Origin: Candidatus Saccharimonadota bacterium
GTDB lineage: Bacteria; Patescibacteriota; Saccharimonadia; Saccharimonadales; JAGQNJ01
Length of the DNA: 64,000 bases
Direction: 5' to 3'
Assembly: GCA_036826295.1 (NCBI GenBank)
Contig: DAISWO010000002.1
Span: forward strand, 77,963 to 141,962
The notes below the pieces were generated by a model that was not told the origin of the DNA, did not search any database, and saw only the letters and a list, made by a program, of their open reading frames with translations. A program made the position numbers and the translations under genes. Positions 62,599 through 64,000 of this stretch are shown piece after piece. The stretch's first letter is position 1. Each line of letters opens with the position of its first letter.

Positions 62599-63272
62599 TT
62601 GCCACACTTTTTATGCTGATGTCGCTTGACGGCAAAATCTCTACAGGGACAGGGAATGATCGCGACTTCGACAAGGACCTGCCTAAGATCCCGGGGGCAG
62701 CTGAAGGACTAGAGCAATACTACGCATTAGAACAACAAACAGATTTCTATTCATTTAACACTGGTAAGGTTATGGCAAAAGTTGGGCGGAACGAAGCTAA
62801 AAAAAATATTCAAAAAATTCCAGTTACGTTTGTACTAGTGGATAACCAACCACATCTCACTAAACAGGGCGTTGAAAATCTCTTAAAACGTTGCAAATCT
62901 TTAATCATAGCCACTGTCGATGCAACGCATCCTGCACTCGACTTTCACGATGAAAATTTGAAAGTTATAACATATGGTCACGAAATTGATTTAGTTGACC
63001 TATTTAAACAAATCGAAAGCCTCGGTGCCGAGAGAATCACTATCCAATCAGGTGGTGAAATGAACGCAAGCCTACTAAGAACAGGATTAATTGATGAGCT
63101 ATCGATAGTTGTCTGTCCGGTATTGATAGGTGGGACCGAAACACCGAGCCTAATAGGAGGCGAGTCCATACAACGCCTAGAGGATCTAAACAAAATCAAA
63201 ATACTTGAGCTAATCGAGTCGAAACAACTTGAAAATAACTATCTGCATTTACGATATCGGGTCAAAAAGTAA
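62595..63272 (+). CDS. RibD C-terminal/DHFR-like reductase domain protein
   Basis: MLMSLDGKISTG, ITIQSGGEMNASLL, LSIVVCPVLIGG; ATGA-coupled to the deaminase. Confidence 0.72.
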   Translation: MIATLFMLMSLDGKISTGTGNDRDFDKDLPKIPGAAEGLEQYYALEQQTDFYSFNTGKVMAKVGRNEAKKNIQKIPVTFVLVDNQPHLTKQGVENLLKRCKSLIIATVDATHPALDFHDENLKVITYGHEIDLVDLFKQIESLGAERITIQSGGEMNASLLRTGLIDELSIVVCPVLIGGTETPSLIGGESIQRLEDLNKIKILELIESKQLENNYLHLRYRVKK

Positions 63273-63341
63273 TGCACCGAAAAAACAATGAGACTATTGC
63301 GTGTAGTTTCTTCTAGACCAGAAGTTGTCATTAGTTGATTT

Positions 63342-63350
63342 TGGTACAAT
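63342..63350 (+). promoter_or_regulatory. extended -10 (TGgTACAAT) 6 nt before ATG 63357
   Basis: read directly. Confidence 0.5.
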
Positions 63351-63356
63351 TGTTAA

Positions 63357-63791
63357 ATGAAGATTAGACTAACAGCTGTAATTATCGAAGATGGAAAGAT
63401 TCTTCTGCTAGATCAAAATGTCAATAAACACCGCTCTTGGTCATTACCTGGAGGTAAGCTCGAAGAGAATGAAACGATTGAAGAGGGTCTAGTCCGAGAG
63501 CTACTTGAAGAAACAGGCTTGATTATTACGGTTGGCAAACTGCTTTACGTCTGCGATCACAGTCATAATAACGAATATGTCCTTCACATGATGCTTGAAG
63601 CAAAACGTGTTGGCGGAAAGCTGGGCACCACAATCGAAGGATTAGATGTCAATACAATTCGCGGTATGGAATTTGTACCAATTGAGCAGATAACTACCAA
63701 AGGCTTTAGTGCTAAATTTCAAAACCTGGTCGAGAATAATTTTCCGGGTGCGGGCAGTTACATGGGCCCAAAAAGTGCAATCGGTTTATGA
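63357..63791 (+). CDS. NUDIX hydrolase
   Basis: GGKLEENETIEEGLVRELLEETGL. Confidence 0.88.
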   Translation: MKIRLTAVIIEDGKILLLDQNVNKHRSWSLPGGKLEENETIEEGLVRELLEETGLIITVGKLLYVCDHSHNNEYVLHMMLEAKRVGGKLGTTIEGLDVNTIRGMEFVPIEQITTKGFSAKFQNLVENNFPGAGSYMGPKSAIGL

Positions 63792-63857
63792 AAACGTTAT
63801 AGGTAAAGAATCGACGGAATCCGCACACTGTCTATAGAGGTGGTATAGTATAACGAC

Positions 63858-64000
63858 ATGGTCTCACACCTCAAGCGTCGCTCATACTCAATGTATTTGT
63901 TAAGAATACTATTAATCTCAACTTTAGTAATTTTGATTGCTCATTTAGTTTTGCAGTATCTGAATCTGATAATTTATGACCAGCAGAATGGTTTTATTTA
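63858..64000 (+). CDS. hypothetical membrane protein, 3'-truncated by window edge
   Basis: Open frame MVSHLKRRSYSMYLLRILLISTLVILIAHLVLQ.. to the end of the window; TGgTATAGT 8 nt upstream. Confidence 0.4.
   Translation, partial: MVSHLKRRSYSMYLLRILLISTLVILIAHLVLQYLNLIIYDQQNGFI

Noticed and set aside
1-64000. Search for integrase, transposase, reverse transcriptase, cas, rRNA, tmRNA or RNase P genes
   Set aside because: No ORF in the track shows the catalytic motifs of tyrosine/serine recombinases, DDE or HUH transposases or RTs, and no rRNA-like sequence was seen. Mobility of the repeats therefore cannot be tied to an enzyme within this window.

Overview
This 64 kb window comes from a low-GC bacterial genome using the standard code, with UGA as a stop codon. 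No GC values were computed. Several traits suggest a CPR/Patescibacteria organism, probably Saccharibacteria-like. The spc/alpha ribosomal operon has no L30 gene and no adk or map. Many proteins are small. An Rpf-type muralytic enzyme is present.

Core content:
- 1-8855: rplE through rpsI.
- 10.9-14.8 kb: trpS, rluD-like, holB.
- Five tRNA genes, all with encoded CCA: Thr-UGU, Tyr-GUA, Thr-GGU, Trp-CCA, Gln-UUG.
- 22.6-25.5 kb: secE, nusG, rplK, rplA.
- 25.6-28.7 kb: dcd plus a tmk::thyX fusion.
- 29.4-30.6 kb: an orphan leuA-like gene behind a classic leader-peptide attenuator.
- 31.4-32.3 kb: rplJ, rplL.
- 33.7-41.4 kb: dnaX, dnaB, ybaB, recR, nrnA-like, cysS.
- 41.4-46.5 kb: an envelope cluster.

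The 46.5-60 kb stretch is an accessory island. It is cut into gene cassettes by at least seven copies of a roughly 180-300 nt structured repeat that I cannot assign to a known family. I call it SR; its stems covary between copies while its internal-loop sequences stay conserved. The largest cassette carries a DpnII-type GATC restriction-modification pair. That pair is followed by a five-ORF candidate defence module: an HKD-nuclease/SF2-helicase fusion, an SMC/DndD-like ATPase, a DndE-like protein and two small ORFs. I cannot match this module to a named system from memory.

Other unusual signals:
- Partial duplications of tRNA ends with T-arm-like mini-elements.
- A 53-nt duplication of the rplL 3' end bracketing an inserted lipoprotein gene.
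- Leu-rich and Ile-rich leader peptides with terminator/antiterminator alternatives.
- Widespread leaderless promoters (extended -10 box 6-8 nt before the ATG).

No rRNA, CRISPR array, transposase or integrase was recognised. All calls come from reading the sequence and the ORF track only. No database search was run.
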